From Rhizodiscina lignyota (taxonomy: Eukaryota): 64,000 bases of DNA. Numbering within the stretch: the first letter of the stretch is position 1; each line of letters starts with the position of its first letter. The notes under the pieces are model-generated. The model searched no databases. It saw nothing but the letters and a program-made list of their open reading frames with translations, and was not told the origin of the DNA. This document shows, piece after piece, positions 50,048 through 62,248 of this stretch. Both the position numbers and the translations under genes were made by a program. Location: positions 682,001-746,000 of the forward strand of contig ML978125.1 of the NCBI GenBank assembly GCA_010015805.1, in the 5' to 3' direction.

Positions 50048-52599
50048 ATGGCACTATCACGTTTGTTGACGGCATGGGCTCTGTGTATGAATCTGGTCTC
50101 TTCACAGCTGGTTTATATGCCCCAGAACGATGTTCAACCCCTTTCGGAGAATTCCAAGTCTGTCCCTGTGGATCTAAGCGGCCTGGTTAATAACCGTGCA
50201 TTTGGAAAAGGTCCGAATGATGCCAATTACGATGGAATGGGAAGTGAGTGGCTTGTGTATTCGTTTTACAACAAAGCTAAAAGATTTAGATTCATATCCC
50301 GCGCAGTATATACCGCCCTCTGAGTTTATATACAATGGCGTCAAGTACGCATTCCCCACATACAAGTCTAAGGGAAATGACAATGTTGTATCTACCGGAC
50401 AGACAATCAAAGTCTCGAAGGCGAAATACTTCGCTTCGTTTATGTTGGCATCAGCGGAGTCAGGCATGGCGAGTACCGCACTGAACTCATCTTACGCCGA
50501 TGGAAGCTCTGGATCCAGTGCGGTCCTTGTCCCAGCATTTCAATCCTGGCCGTATCCGGCTGGAGGTGATCTTGTGTTTCCGTTTTTCTATACGAACGAG
50601 ACTGTGAATTACAATCGCTCGAACATATTCCAGGTCATTAACTGGCTCGATTCGTCGAAGGAGCTGACATCTCTCACTTTGCCCGACATTCCAGGTGTTG
50701 ACTCTAAGCTCCATATCTTCTCGGTATCTCTTTGGCCCGTTCCAGAGCACTGCTCTGGTCCTGAGCTCGACATTCAATACGCACGCACAACGCAGAAGTG
50801 GATCGAAGGCTCGAACAAGACGCAGATCGTCGAAGTGCTCGTCAACAATGTCGGCGAGGACTTTGTATTGCGCAGTCATGACGTTACTGTAACAATCGAC
50901 GCTCCAGGCCTGGAGGTAATCTCACCGGCCACGATCAAGCGACTGCGACCAGGAGATCAGAGGAAGGTTCAGATCGGAGTTCGCAACAAGGCTGGAGTGG
51001 CAGCTGGAAGCACTGACACCGCTACCATAAAAGTTTCGGGTAAAGGCGTGCAGTGCAATGACTACGCCTTCCACGCAACGTATGGAATTGTCAAATATCA
51101 GGCCAATTATGAATCAGTGTACTCGCATGACGTGCCGGACTGGTATAATAATGCCAAGTTTGGTATTTTTATTCACTGGGGCGTATATGCTGTTCCAGGA
51201 TGGGGCAATGTTGGCAAGGCAGAGCAATATGCAGAATGGTATGTTCTCAATTACGTTAAGAAGCTGGCTGCTGACCTTGGCAGGTACTGGTGGTACTTGA
51301 ATCAAGGACCAAACGACCCAGTCCACACTTATCAATATCATCTGAAGACCTATGGACCCAATGTAGTCTATGACGACTTCATTCAGAACTTCACTGCCGA
51401 TGCATGGGACCCTAAAGAATGGGTGGACTTGTTTGCAGATGCAGGAGCAAACTATTTCGTCCAAGTCAGCAAGCATCATGACGGCTACGCCATCTTTGAC
51501 ATTCCGGAGAATGTGACGAAGCGCACCTCCGTCCAATTGTTCCCCCATCGCAATCTGCTTCAGGTACAATCCCATTTTCGATCATGACTACGGGTGATGA
51601 CTGACAAAAAATGTAGGAGCTGTTTGATGCTTCGAAGAAGTACCAGCCGCATCTGCATCATGCTACGTATTTTTCACTTCCAGAGTGGTTCCATCCCGAC
51701 TATAAGAAATACGGTTTTGGAAACTGGCCAGGAGGTAGGCACTTTGTTGGCCATTAGACGTGAATCTGCTGATGAAGAGTCTCACAGGCAACGCCACGAA
51801 TCCTTTCACCAACGAGACGCTCCCGTACACAGGCTACGTTCCTGTTAAGGAATTTGTCTCCGAGTTGATAGTTCCGGAGATGCAGACTCTGGCTAATATG
51901 GGAACGGAGATCATGTGGTGCGATATCGGCGGCCCGAATTTGACTGCTGAATGGGCTTCTGGATGGTTTAATCAGGCTGCAGATGAGAATCGCCAGGTTG
52001 TCATGAATGCTCGTTGCGGTCTTCCAGGCGACTTCGACACTCCCGAATATGCACGATACCCAGGCGTCCAAGTTCGCAAGTGGGAGAGCAATCTTGGAAT
52101 GGATCCGTTCAGTTATGGCTTCAATCGGGCCACTCCTCTGGCGAGCTATATGAACGCCAGTACCCTCGTAACAAGCCTCGTTGATATCGTCAGCAAGAAC
52201 GGAAACTTCCTCCTCGATGTCGGACCAATGGCAAACGGAACCATTATCGATGTCGAGCAGCAGCACCTTCGACAGGCAGGAACATGGATTAAGGATCATG
52301 CCGAGGCGATCTTCAATACAACATATTGGTTCGTCACGCCACAGGAGGGCGACAACGTTCGCTTCACGCAGACAGACGACGCCTTCTATATTCTTTGCAT
52401 GGCACGACCGAACGGTACACTGACGCTTGAGAGTGAAGTTCCATGGGTGCAAGGGGATCAAGTGACAGTCGTCGGCGGTGGTAAGAAGGGAACTGTAGTC
52501 CCCACGAAGTTAAATTCGAATGGATCTCTGACAATTGATGTGAGTGACGAGGTTGCAGACGCGGATAAGTGGACTTGGGTCTTCAAAATTACTTACTGA
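50048..52599 (+). CDS. Secreted alpha-L-fucosidase (GH29) with N-terminal extension
   Basis: Signal peptide; AKFGIFIHWGVYAVP, YAEWY, VSKHHDG, IMWCD nucleophile region, VSKNGNFLLDVGP; four introns. Confidence 0.92.
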
Positions 52600-53035
52600 C
52601 CCGTGAGAAGCTGGAAATCCCAGCAGCAGTTTATCTATCAATAGGACCGCCTAAGAATTTAAGATACATTTTTGCCTTTCGCAGTTTCTGCTTCAGCGTT
52701 GATAACTTCTTGCAACCAATGCAAGTCACAATGCTTATCCGAAGGACTTTATGCCGTATCTTGCATGCCTAGAACTCCAGGTATCGAAGTAACCAGTGCA
52801 AAAGCCGCAAATTTTCGTTCGAGGTCCCCCTGTAAGCACGAGTTGAATTTCCATTTTGGGCGCTAGTCTCTCAACGAAATACATTTCAAGTGGCGGTCGG
52901 CAACTCGGCATGCAACTCTAGCAATTGTACATGTACAACGATGCCCGGGGCGGTAGCGCAATTAAAGATACCGATGACACGATGTAGCCTTCAAATCTCT
53001 CCGGATGCTTTTCTGATTCTTTCAATAACTTCACA

Positions 53036-55076
53036 ATGGCCGTAGGACAGAAAGACGCTGGCAGGACCGGCGAGACGAGCCCTCTCTTGCCGAAAGAACC
53101 TCAGACACCGCCCAAGTATGGGAAATCAGTGCTTTATCGGATTCTACTTTGCGCGTTCTTGGTCTCACTATCTTTTGGGGTCACTCAAGTCCCGTGAGTA
53201 CTATTTTCATAGCTTCCTTTCGTTTTTGGCGCTAGAGGAGGAGTTACCTACTACTACGCTTTCTTGGTCCCTAAAAATCACCATTGCAAGAGGGCGAGAG
53301 GAGAACTGTATTGCGAATTGAGCCTTTTCTACAGATAGGGCATTGCTAAACATACGCGTTCGGATGTCAGCTTGCGATTTCGTAGATTCCTGCATTTCTC
53401 CCTTGTTCTCGATTAAAGACGGATACCTTGTCCAGCAATGTCTACATTTGTACATGTACGTTGCAGGTTTCGGCCAGCTAATTAATTTTAGGCTTATCTA
53501 TGTATGTCGTGTAATGACCTGTCAGGCATTCTACTCTAAGAACCCAGACTACGTACCAGCTCCAGGGAAAGACCGGTGTAGTAACCCTACGATCGAGGCC
53601 AATACTGCACGTTCTGTGGCCCTCATAGGAGCATCTACTACCTTCTTTGGACTCATCAACCTCTTCATTACATCCTGGAGCGTCAAGAAGTTCGGGGTGA
53701 AGAACGCATTGCTCGTTCAGGTGTTCAACCCGGCAGTCCGACTCGCTATTCAAAATGTCGGGGTCACAGTCGGCGGTGACCTTGGCCTGACCATCATCCA
53801 GTGCTCACAAATCATCACCATCATTGGAGGACCAAATGGCTATATCCTTTCTCTCAACTCGTTTGTCGCCGAGGTGGTGGAATCCAGGGAAAGGACTGGC
53901 TCTCTCGGGAAACTGCAAGGGTGTATGTTCTTCGGGACGGCCACAGGCTATCTGGCTGGCGGACTGATTAGCGATTGGTTCGAGATCATAACTCCTTTCC
54001 GGGTCACTTTAGTGTTGTTCGTCGCCTCGACAATATACGTCTTCCTGTTCTTGCCCAGGCTGCCGCCTCATGGAGATGCCAATGGTACGAAGAATCAAGC
54101 CAAGAGCCTTGCAAGGTTCTTTGGACCTCTCAAGATCTTCGTCCCCCACAAGTGGGTTCTGTCGGATGGACGTGTCCAGCGCCAGTATGGCCCTATGCTC
54201 CTCGGAGCAGGCGCATTCTTCGGAGTCCTGGCAACTGGATACTTGCCAGTGCTTTTCCAGATGTATTCTACGGACGTCTTCGGATTCGGTACAAAAGAGA
54301 ACAGTTTCCTTGTCTCTCTTCATTCAGTACTTCGCGGCGTATTCTTAACTATGATGTTCCCAAGGATCATTTCAGGCGGTCGAACCTGGCTTAGCAGACG
54401 CGAGCAAGCACGAGACGCCGAGTCGAGATCGCTTTCGGATTCTAGCGATGGGGAGATAGCAACGGATCCGAATCAGATTGATACGGCGGGTCCGATGGAC
54501 AACGAGCAGGAACCGGTCAAACCTCCGAAGCAGCACGATGAGAAGGAGACATTTGAGTTCGATTTATTGTTTTGTAAAATTAGCTTGATTGCGGACGGCA
54601 TCCTGACCGCCTTTGCATCTTTCGTGTCGCAAGGGTGGCAGCTCTATATTGTTGCGGCGCTTCTGCCATTTGCGTCTGGCACTGGCGCTGCTGCAAAAGG
54701 AACTATGTTGCAGATGTGCATGGCATCGGAGCGAGTGGATGCGCTGAGCGCAATCACGCTGCTGGAGAATATTGCGCGACTCTCGACAAGTAAGGACTTT
54801 TCGAACCGTACCCATGGTCCTGTTTCACTAACACCTCCTGTAGCAGGATTGTTTGGCCTGATTTTCGCGGCGTTTGCTTCCATTGAGAAGACGTATCTGG
54901 TTTTTATATGCAATGGTGTATGTTCTCAGCCTCTTGCGTGTGATTTCTGTTTGCTGACTGTCCGGTAGGCCGTGGCGCTCCTGGGTTTCTTCGTTCTCAT
55001 CTTTTCGCGATTCCCGCCAGAAGGGAGTAGGAGGTTGGAAGATGACGAACATCATGAAGTACCGGAAGCCTCCTGA
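53036..55076 (+). CDS. MFS transporter
   Basis: ATG 53036 with ETSPLL dileucine motif, first TM LVSLSFGVTQVP, about 300-nt first intron, multiple TM helices, terminal exon ...RFPPEGSRRLED..*. Confidence 0.82.
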
Positions 55077-55373
55077 CCTTGCCGCTCTTACGACTAGACG
55101 AATCATGAATTTGCATAATAGAGGCATAGATTTAGACAAATGGAAAATTGCTCTTTGGTGCTGTCATTACCTGGTATGTGAAGAATAGCATAAGCGTCTC
55201 CGACCATCATTTGTAGAAGTATTGTACCTCGGATTTACAAATCTTCCAACATTCACGTCAATGATCACAAAGGATAGCTCCGGTGCATATATATATGGCA
55301 TTAATATAAGCAGCTCTAACGACAGTAAGTATAGACCTGCTTAGACTTTCCTACATACAGTCGCTCAGAAAGC

Positions 55374-57309
55374 CTAGTGTCGCCTAACTGGGGCTCCTCT
55401 GCGCGCCATTCTGCGAGAAGGCGACTTCGAGCCCTTAGGCGGAGCATGTGGAATATTTGTCGTTAAGTCGTATATCCAGTCGGTTGGAATCACTTTCTTC
55501 TGCACTGTCGAGTTCCCTTCCCGGTATGTCGAATCCCTTGGCCCCTTTGTCTTGTATCCTGGTCCAGTCTTGACTTTGCCTGTCGCGATATCGAGGCCTT
55601 TGGTCGTGCGCTCGATCATTGCGAGAGCGATGACCGGTTGGTAGAAGGGGACCTTAAGATGTCATTAGCTTAACGACATAGTAGAATAGAGCTTGATCGA
55701 CACTCACTTCATGCCCGCTTTCAAATACCCTGAGGAAGCTGAACTTGCCAACTGACTTCACTTGCCCATGCACAACACCATCAGAGGTCGACACGTTTAC
55801 GAAGCCCGCAGACTCAAAGCCCGGAACAGCAATTTCATTGGCAACGGCATATCCGCCGATCCAGTTGCAAATGTAATCCGCGTCGCCGAAGTACATAACC
55901 ACATTGAGGTCAGCCTCAACGAGCTTTCGCATGTCATCGATGATTGAGAGGACCCGGTCGTCATCACCTGTTGTGCCAAAGGCACTGCCAACCGCAGGGC
56001 CGAAGTCTGTGTAGTTTTGATAGGCACCAATCGCTTTCTGTCGGAGCATCAGTACCATGTCTTTAATACATTTAGCACCTGTGAGACTCAAGGCTTACCT
56101 GAACTTTCTCAGTGTTGAGATAATCGAAGTAGAAATTTGGCGGGAATGGGTCGGGTGTCAATTCGCGGACATCGTACTCATCTCTGCCTAGGTATGTGTC
56201 ATATATAACCTCGACTTCGTTGTAGCAGAAGCTGTCTGAGGCGCTGCACACGTCGTCTCGACCGGTGTTGTAGCAATCGATTGTCTGATCCCAGCAATTG
56301 CCCTTGCCATACATACCGTTGTGCATGATCTCAGCTACCGTCGAATTGACCGTGACGTCGTAAGTATTGCCGGGAAATACGGTAAAGTTGTAGTAACCGG
56401 CATACTGTAGCAGTGGATCGTACCAGCCATTTCCGATTAGAACTCCCTCCATGTGGATCTCCTTCGCGCCGTATGGAAGCTCTGCATTCTGTTCCTCGAT
56501 GTACTCAGAGAATGTAGGGCCATAGTGGCCACCGTATGACTCTGTAGCAAAGACAAAGCCTTCACGCGAGTACTGCGGGAATGCGCCCATGAAGCCCTGC
56601 AGGGCTTTCCAAAGGTACGGTGCGGCGTTCGTCGTAGAGTTTGCGGTAAGCGTTATATTCGGATATGAGTATGTGCCACAACTCCAGTCTGATGCGTAAT
56701 CCGGGCATGTATTGTCTGGCAGCTGGACAATATCTCCCGAGTCGGGACTGATGTAGGCAGGTACCGGTTCACTGTACGAGAACCCGACTTGTGTAGGCTG
56801 GTCGATGAATATCATGTTGCTGACCTCACTCCAGCTGTTTGGGTTGTTGTATACATCGCCGCTGGCATTCACGTAGCATGGACCCAATTCCTGCCACAAT
56901 CCGATCATTGAACTTGATCCGGGACCGCCATTGATCCACAGGGTCAAAGGTGCTTCCTCTGGCTTTCCATTTCGCGCTTCGAAAAACCAGAAGAAGAGGT
57001 GCTGGCCATCCGCAACATCTGCGTAGCCAGAGAACGACTTTACGTGCGGGTTGAGCTCGCAGATGCCTGGTGGCACTTGCTTGTATCGCACATCGATACC
57101 AGCATAGCCAGTCTTCTTGATGAGATCTGTAGGCGGTGCCACGAATTGGGCAAGTGTCGAGGCCGCAAGGGCACTCAGAGTGAGGCAAAGAGACCTGGTT
57201 GGTACGAGACGTTAGCTAAAAGTTCGAACTTCTTTTCCAATAGCTTAATGACAGCTTGAATGTCGAGGGGACGCGAATGCTGTTAAGATTACATAGAATT
57301 TTCGCTCAT
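55374..57309 (-). CDS. Secreted serine carboxypeptidase (S10, carboxypeptidase S1-like)
   Basis: LWINGGPGSSS, FIDQPTQVGFSY, TESYGGHY, GDADYICNW, FESGHEV; signal peptide after the first intron. Confidence 0.92.
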
Positions 57310-57540
57310 TTTGATCTCTCAAGGCTATGGTCAACGAACAATAGCGATGTCTTCAATGCTATATGCAATTGAGGCACGCTGAGGCTATTTCTAAGGAAAG
57401 AGCCTCTGAAGCCCACCAAAGATGGAAAGGCCAATACATCTTGAACATGCTCGTTCACCAGAACTTCCCCCAGACGCAGACACAGAGTAATATCAAATTA
57501 AGACACCATACCTTGACCAATTCATCTTCGACGAGTCTCA

Positions 57541-57829
57541 ATGGGACATCCACTGACTCCAGAAATTTTCTAGAGCTCCCCGCAGAGCTCCGTTTTGTAG
57601 CAAACAGCTATCCCCCTTGCTCGTGTGCCCATCTACCGGCTCCTACGCTATGGTATCATCGCACATAATGGACGACGATATTTCAAGGAACTCCCCGACC
57701 ATCGATGGCACGGGGCGGCCGCGCCGTCTTCCCTTGCAGACATCGTCCCAAGCTCTTAGCCTCAATAGGCATCTCCATCGCGAAAACACTGCAAGATACA
57801 CCATATCGCGTGTTTGCGGGGCGCGATGA
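57541..57829 (+). pseudogene. Possible relic of an F-box-like (FLxLPxELR) gene
   Basis: RNFLELPAELR is followed by a frame change to LLVCP..LSLNRHLHRE, then stops; no intact long ORF. Confidence 0.3.
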
Positions 57830-58290
57830 TAAGATAGCGGCGACAAGAGCGGCCGGTGCGAAGGAGCGGATTCCTGGTTGAAGGATACGGAAGGCGTTGA
57901 AACGAACTGCGGGCCTTAACTGATCTACGGCATTGTGGAAGGCGCGGAAGGCAGAGGTAAAGGTCAGGTCGCACTTGCTTGCCTGGGCCTGGGAGTTCAT
58001 GCAAAAGGTGGCAGGGAGGATGATTGACGTAGGGTTGCTGCGGAGTTTATCAAAACTTCCTGCCTGCAGCTGCTTGATGGAGGTTAGCGCGCTGCGCGGA
58101 GTGAGACGCTTAAGTTACACAAGAGTTGTATTAGTCGACGAACTCATTACTACATTCAGGACGAGAGTAAAATACAGAGACGATAGCGATATATTACCCC
58201 AGACATGCAAGAAGAGCGCCGCGGAAGGTCACCTTCGAGTCCTCTGCTCGAAGATTCCAAAACCCTACGAGCTTAGGATTCATCCGTTGA

Positions 58291-60299
58291 TTACAGATTA
58301 TCACGACTCGTCCGAAATTCCTGCAATAATTTGTTCAGGTCTCCACGATTCTTTCGCCTCCATATCGCAACTTCCCCAGACGTTACCTTTGCGCCTCGTG
58401 TCAACAATGTCCGAATCACTCTGGCGTACTTGCTCGGGATCTCCCTGGATACACCCTCATGGTGCTCCGCCCAATACCCAGACAGGGCCTCAAACAGCGG
58501 GCTTTGCCCGCGTTCTCCCGTTCTCCCGCTTGCGCTTGTGGTATTAACGTCGAGGTCTGGTCTTTCCTGAAGAGCGATGTCCAGGACTTCTGCATATCCC
58601 CAGAAAGAGAGCGTCTGCACCAAATTGCCGAAATGTCCGAATGCCTTGTCCATTAATGCGCCATGCCTTAAGAGAAGCCGGAAAACTTCTGCGTTGTTGG
58701 AACTGGCAGCGGCCATCAAAGCACATTTGCCTCCCAAACCGAAACCAGACAACTCAACTCTGTTGACATTTGCTCCATGTTCGAGGAGGAGGCTGATCAT
58801 AGCCGAATGTCCCCTGATAATCGCGTGCTTAAGAGGACTGTCGTAATCAGAGCCGGAGTGATTAACATTGGCCCCGGCGCGAAGTAAAACTTTAGCAGCC
58901 TTAATAGAGTTCTTTTCCACAGTCTTCTGTAGAACACGATCCAGCTTTCCAGAAAACTTGCCAAGGTCAGCTCCGACTTCAAGAAGGTATACGGCGGCAT
59001 CGAGCTGATCCCTTCTAATGGCAACATCCAACGGTCTCTCACGAGCAGTTTCTCCATTTATCCTAGCTCCTGACTCTAATAATGTCTGAATGACCGCAAC
59101 GCGATTGTGTGCTGCCGCAACTACAAGTGTCGTGCTGTTCGGCTCTCCCACCATGGATTGCGAATAGCTAGCTTCTACGTCTGCTCCATTCTTTATCAAC
59201 ATTTCCACTGTTTCGGCTTCACCGGCGGCGGCGGCAGCTTTCAAAGGATTCGTCTTGGAATAGTAAAAGCTAGAGCCATTGATGTCGGCACCAGACTCAA
59301 TCATGGAAGCGACGATGCTCAGCTGACCTTGATGAGCTGCAGTCTCGAAAGCACGGTTCGTATAATTTTGCATGTAGCTCATCTTGAATTCTCGGCTCGC
59401 TCAAGGAGTAACCCCAAAGCACTCACCCGACCCAGTCTAATAGCCAACATTATTAACGTCCAGTCACAAGCAATGTTCATGTTCAAGCATCGTTGCAGAA
59501 GATCAAGGCGGTCCTCTTCGACCGCAAGTTGTATGGCGCATGTTTCCAACTGAGAGCAAAGACCCCGGCATAAGCTCCGTATAAGGTAGTCACTGTAGTC
59601 CTCCCCGAGAGAAGGAAAGGGTAAGTCGGGAGCCAAATGCTCTTGGACGATTTTCAGAATTGCTTCCGGACTGTAAATTGGTTCCATCTTCCCAGTCCGG
59701 TAATTCTTTTCTTGTTGAGAGTAGCATCCGCACCGATCCTTGCCGGTCTTGAAAGGAGTCTGTTCCGCTGTTGCTTCGTCTGTTGCTGGTTTTTCATGTA
59801 TCTCTTCACTGTAAAGGTACTGCTCGAGTTCAGATAGGTCCTCCAACTGGATTTTCTCGCCGGTGACTTTGGATTGTTGCGTCCGGATGTTCTCATTTTG
59901 GTCATCCGCCCGGCACGTCTTCTTCGTAAGCTCCCGAGGCTGCGAGACTCCCTGAGGCTGCGATGAGATCTCCAGAGGGTGCGATGAGACCTCTTGAGGT
60001 TGCGATGGGACTTCTTGCGATGGGATATCCTGTGATGTGACTTCCTGCGATGAGGCTTCCTGAGATTGCAATGCGACCTCTTGGGGCTGTGATGGAACAC
60101 TGCCTTTCCAACACGTGTCCTTCGTCTCTTTCTTAGACCGCAACCCAACGAGACAAGTAGTGATCTGTGGTATAGTTTTGAATAAGGCCAACTGTGATGG
60201 CTCCAAGCCAGCTCGGTGCTGTATGCACAGTGTGATTGCGACGCCACCAAAAGCACCGAGAAAGAACTTTGACCACCCAGAGGAAAAGAGATCTGCCAT
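58291..60299 (-). CDS. Ankyrin-repeat protein with N-terminal hydrophobic segment, split into two frames at 59379-59382
   Basis: Downstream ORF has clear ankyrins (PLKAAAAAG, PLDVAIRRD, PLKHAIIRGH). Upstream ORF (ATG 60299) ends in ankyrin-like helices. The ORFs overlap as ATGA. Confidence 0.7.
59935..60100 (-). repeat. Coding tandem repeat of 15/21-bp units, (P)SQ(PQ)EV
   Basis: PSQPQEVALQSQEASSQEVTSQDIPSQEVPSQPQEVSSHPLEISSQPQGVSQPRE; recurring tgcgatg on the + strand. Confidence 0.8.
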
Positions 60300-60857
60300 G
60301 GCAATAGCTGTGCAGCCGGATTTAGTCCCGTAACTGAAAGATCGAAAGAATATACAGCAAAATAAAATTGAAGCAGCTGAGAAGTTGCAGGAGGACCACA
60401 AAAGTAGAACTACAAGGCTGCTCGTATAAAGAAGTTGTGACGAGCTTCACGTTTCATATGCTGGCAGTGGCTTGCTGTGCCGCACCCTTTTTTCTCCACC
60501 ACGACCCTCGTCGGCGACCGTAAAATTCTCAGTGCAGGATACATAATTAAATCGGCTGATACCGAGCTCTATTTTCGCAGTTAATTGTCTGATTTGCAGA
60601 TTGCATGGTGTTCTTCTCAATGCGAGCTGCGAGGGAGTCGAAATTCAGGAAAATACCTAGGTGGCTCGTCTTGAATGTCTTCAAAAGTGGCACCATATGC
60701 GCTATCGTAACAAATGCTCGTGGACGGAAAACGCTCTGATATTCTCCGGAACAATGCAACTCGCTTACTCTAGGCAGCTCCAGATCATCATCTTCCCTGG
60801 TCTCGTGGTATCATGAAGCAGAGGAAAGAAGGTATAATCCCAGATCGTATCAACAGC

Positions 60858-61949
60858 TCACTCTGGTGGTATGTACGGAGTCACCAGCATTTCAGAGAAC
60901 TTTTCCAGCTTCTCTTTCCCCCTAACCTCCTCCACCAACAGTGGCATCTTGACCACATTGAAATCCTCGTACAGCTCGCTGATCTGCTCGAGATATTTCT
61001 TCTGCATCTTCCGACGCGCATTACACTGCTCACATGGATTGGTTTTCGAGGGGAAGAGCAGCTGGTTCACCACGATGGAATGTGTGTCGATTTCATAGTT
61101 GGACAGTTCCTGGATCATGCGCTCGGTTTCGTAAAGGGATAGGAACTCTGCTATGCAGACGCACACGAAGGTGGTCTTGTCCGCATCCTTGAATTGTCCG
61201 TTGACCTCCGCAATCGTCTCGCGCAGCGACTCCATTTTCGCAATGATGTCGTCGAGTTGTTGTCCGCCTGGTAGACCACCACGAGCGCCGATCAAGGAAT
61301 TCAGCATCGGCCCGAACTGAGTCGATAATTGAGAAAGCTTTGAAAGAGCTTTCTCCATTACCGTAGGAAATTGGAGGAATCGAAGGGTGTGACCGGTGGG
61401 TGCTGTATCGAAGATGATGACCTCGTAATCCAGCGATTTGACCTGCTTCAAGACTTCGGCGAACGACATGGCCTCGTCCACGCCGGGGATCTATCCAGAA
61501 AGCGCGTTAGACATATTATCATTCAGATGCTGGAAGTGGCTTCTTACGCTGAATGCTAAATCCTGCATCATACTTCCCATGCCACCCAACTGATTCATTT
61601 GATTCATGGCGTCGTCCACGCCCTCTCCTCCGGCAGCTAGTAGATCTTGTATGCTTCCATTTGGATCTATCTCCATCGCACTGAGGTTCGTGAAGCCTTC
61701 CACCAGCCGCGCATCCTTTCCGAACTTCTGGTTGAAGGCGTCGCTAAGGTTGTGCGCCGGGTCGGTGGATATTAGGAGGACGGATTTGCGGTGCTTTGCG
61801 AGCTGTATAGCGAGCGAACATGAAGTCGTGGTCTTGCCCACGCCACCTTTGCCGCCAACAAAAATCCATCGGAGTGTCTTCTGGTCGAGGACGGACTGGA
61901 GAGTGGGCTCCATGGCGTCGTCGCCATCAACTGCCATTGCGGCACTCAT
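60858..61949 (-). CDS. GET3: Get3/ArsA ATPase for tail-anchored protein targeting
   Basis: [22 protein letters not shown], spliced [27 protein letters not shown] zinc motif; one intron. Confidence 0.96.
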
Positions 61950-62248
61950 GATTCCGCGCTTAAATGCCGACAGCAAAGAGAGAACACTGTCCAGACGGGG
62001 AATTAGAGAAGTCTTTCAAAAAGACAGAGTGATTGGTATGCCGAGGGAAAGGAGGATGCAGAGTGGTATGGAAATTGGCCACGATTTAAGCTCTCTTGTA
62101 ACCGATCGTCATAGACTTGGCCCGTGCTCTGCTCTATATCGGAGCTGCAGCCTGCAGAAAGCTCCAGAACATGCAATCGCATTTCACCCCACATACGAAA
62201 TTCTCAAATGGGATTTTTCGTCAGTGCCATCACAGTGAGCGATGTACG

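Noticed and set aside
40618..57309. Secondary-metabolite cluster (MFS, Zn2Cys6 TF, oxygenase, hydrolases)
   Set aside because: No PKS, NRPS or terpene backbone gene; the TF and JmjC protein look like conserved general-function genes.
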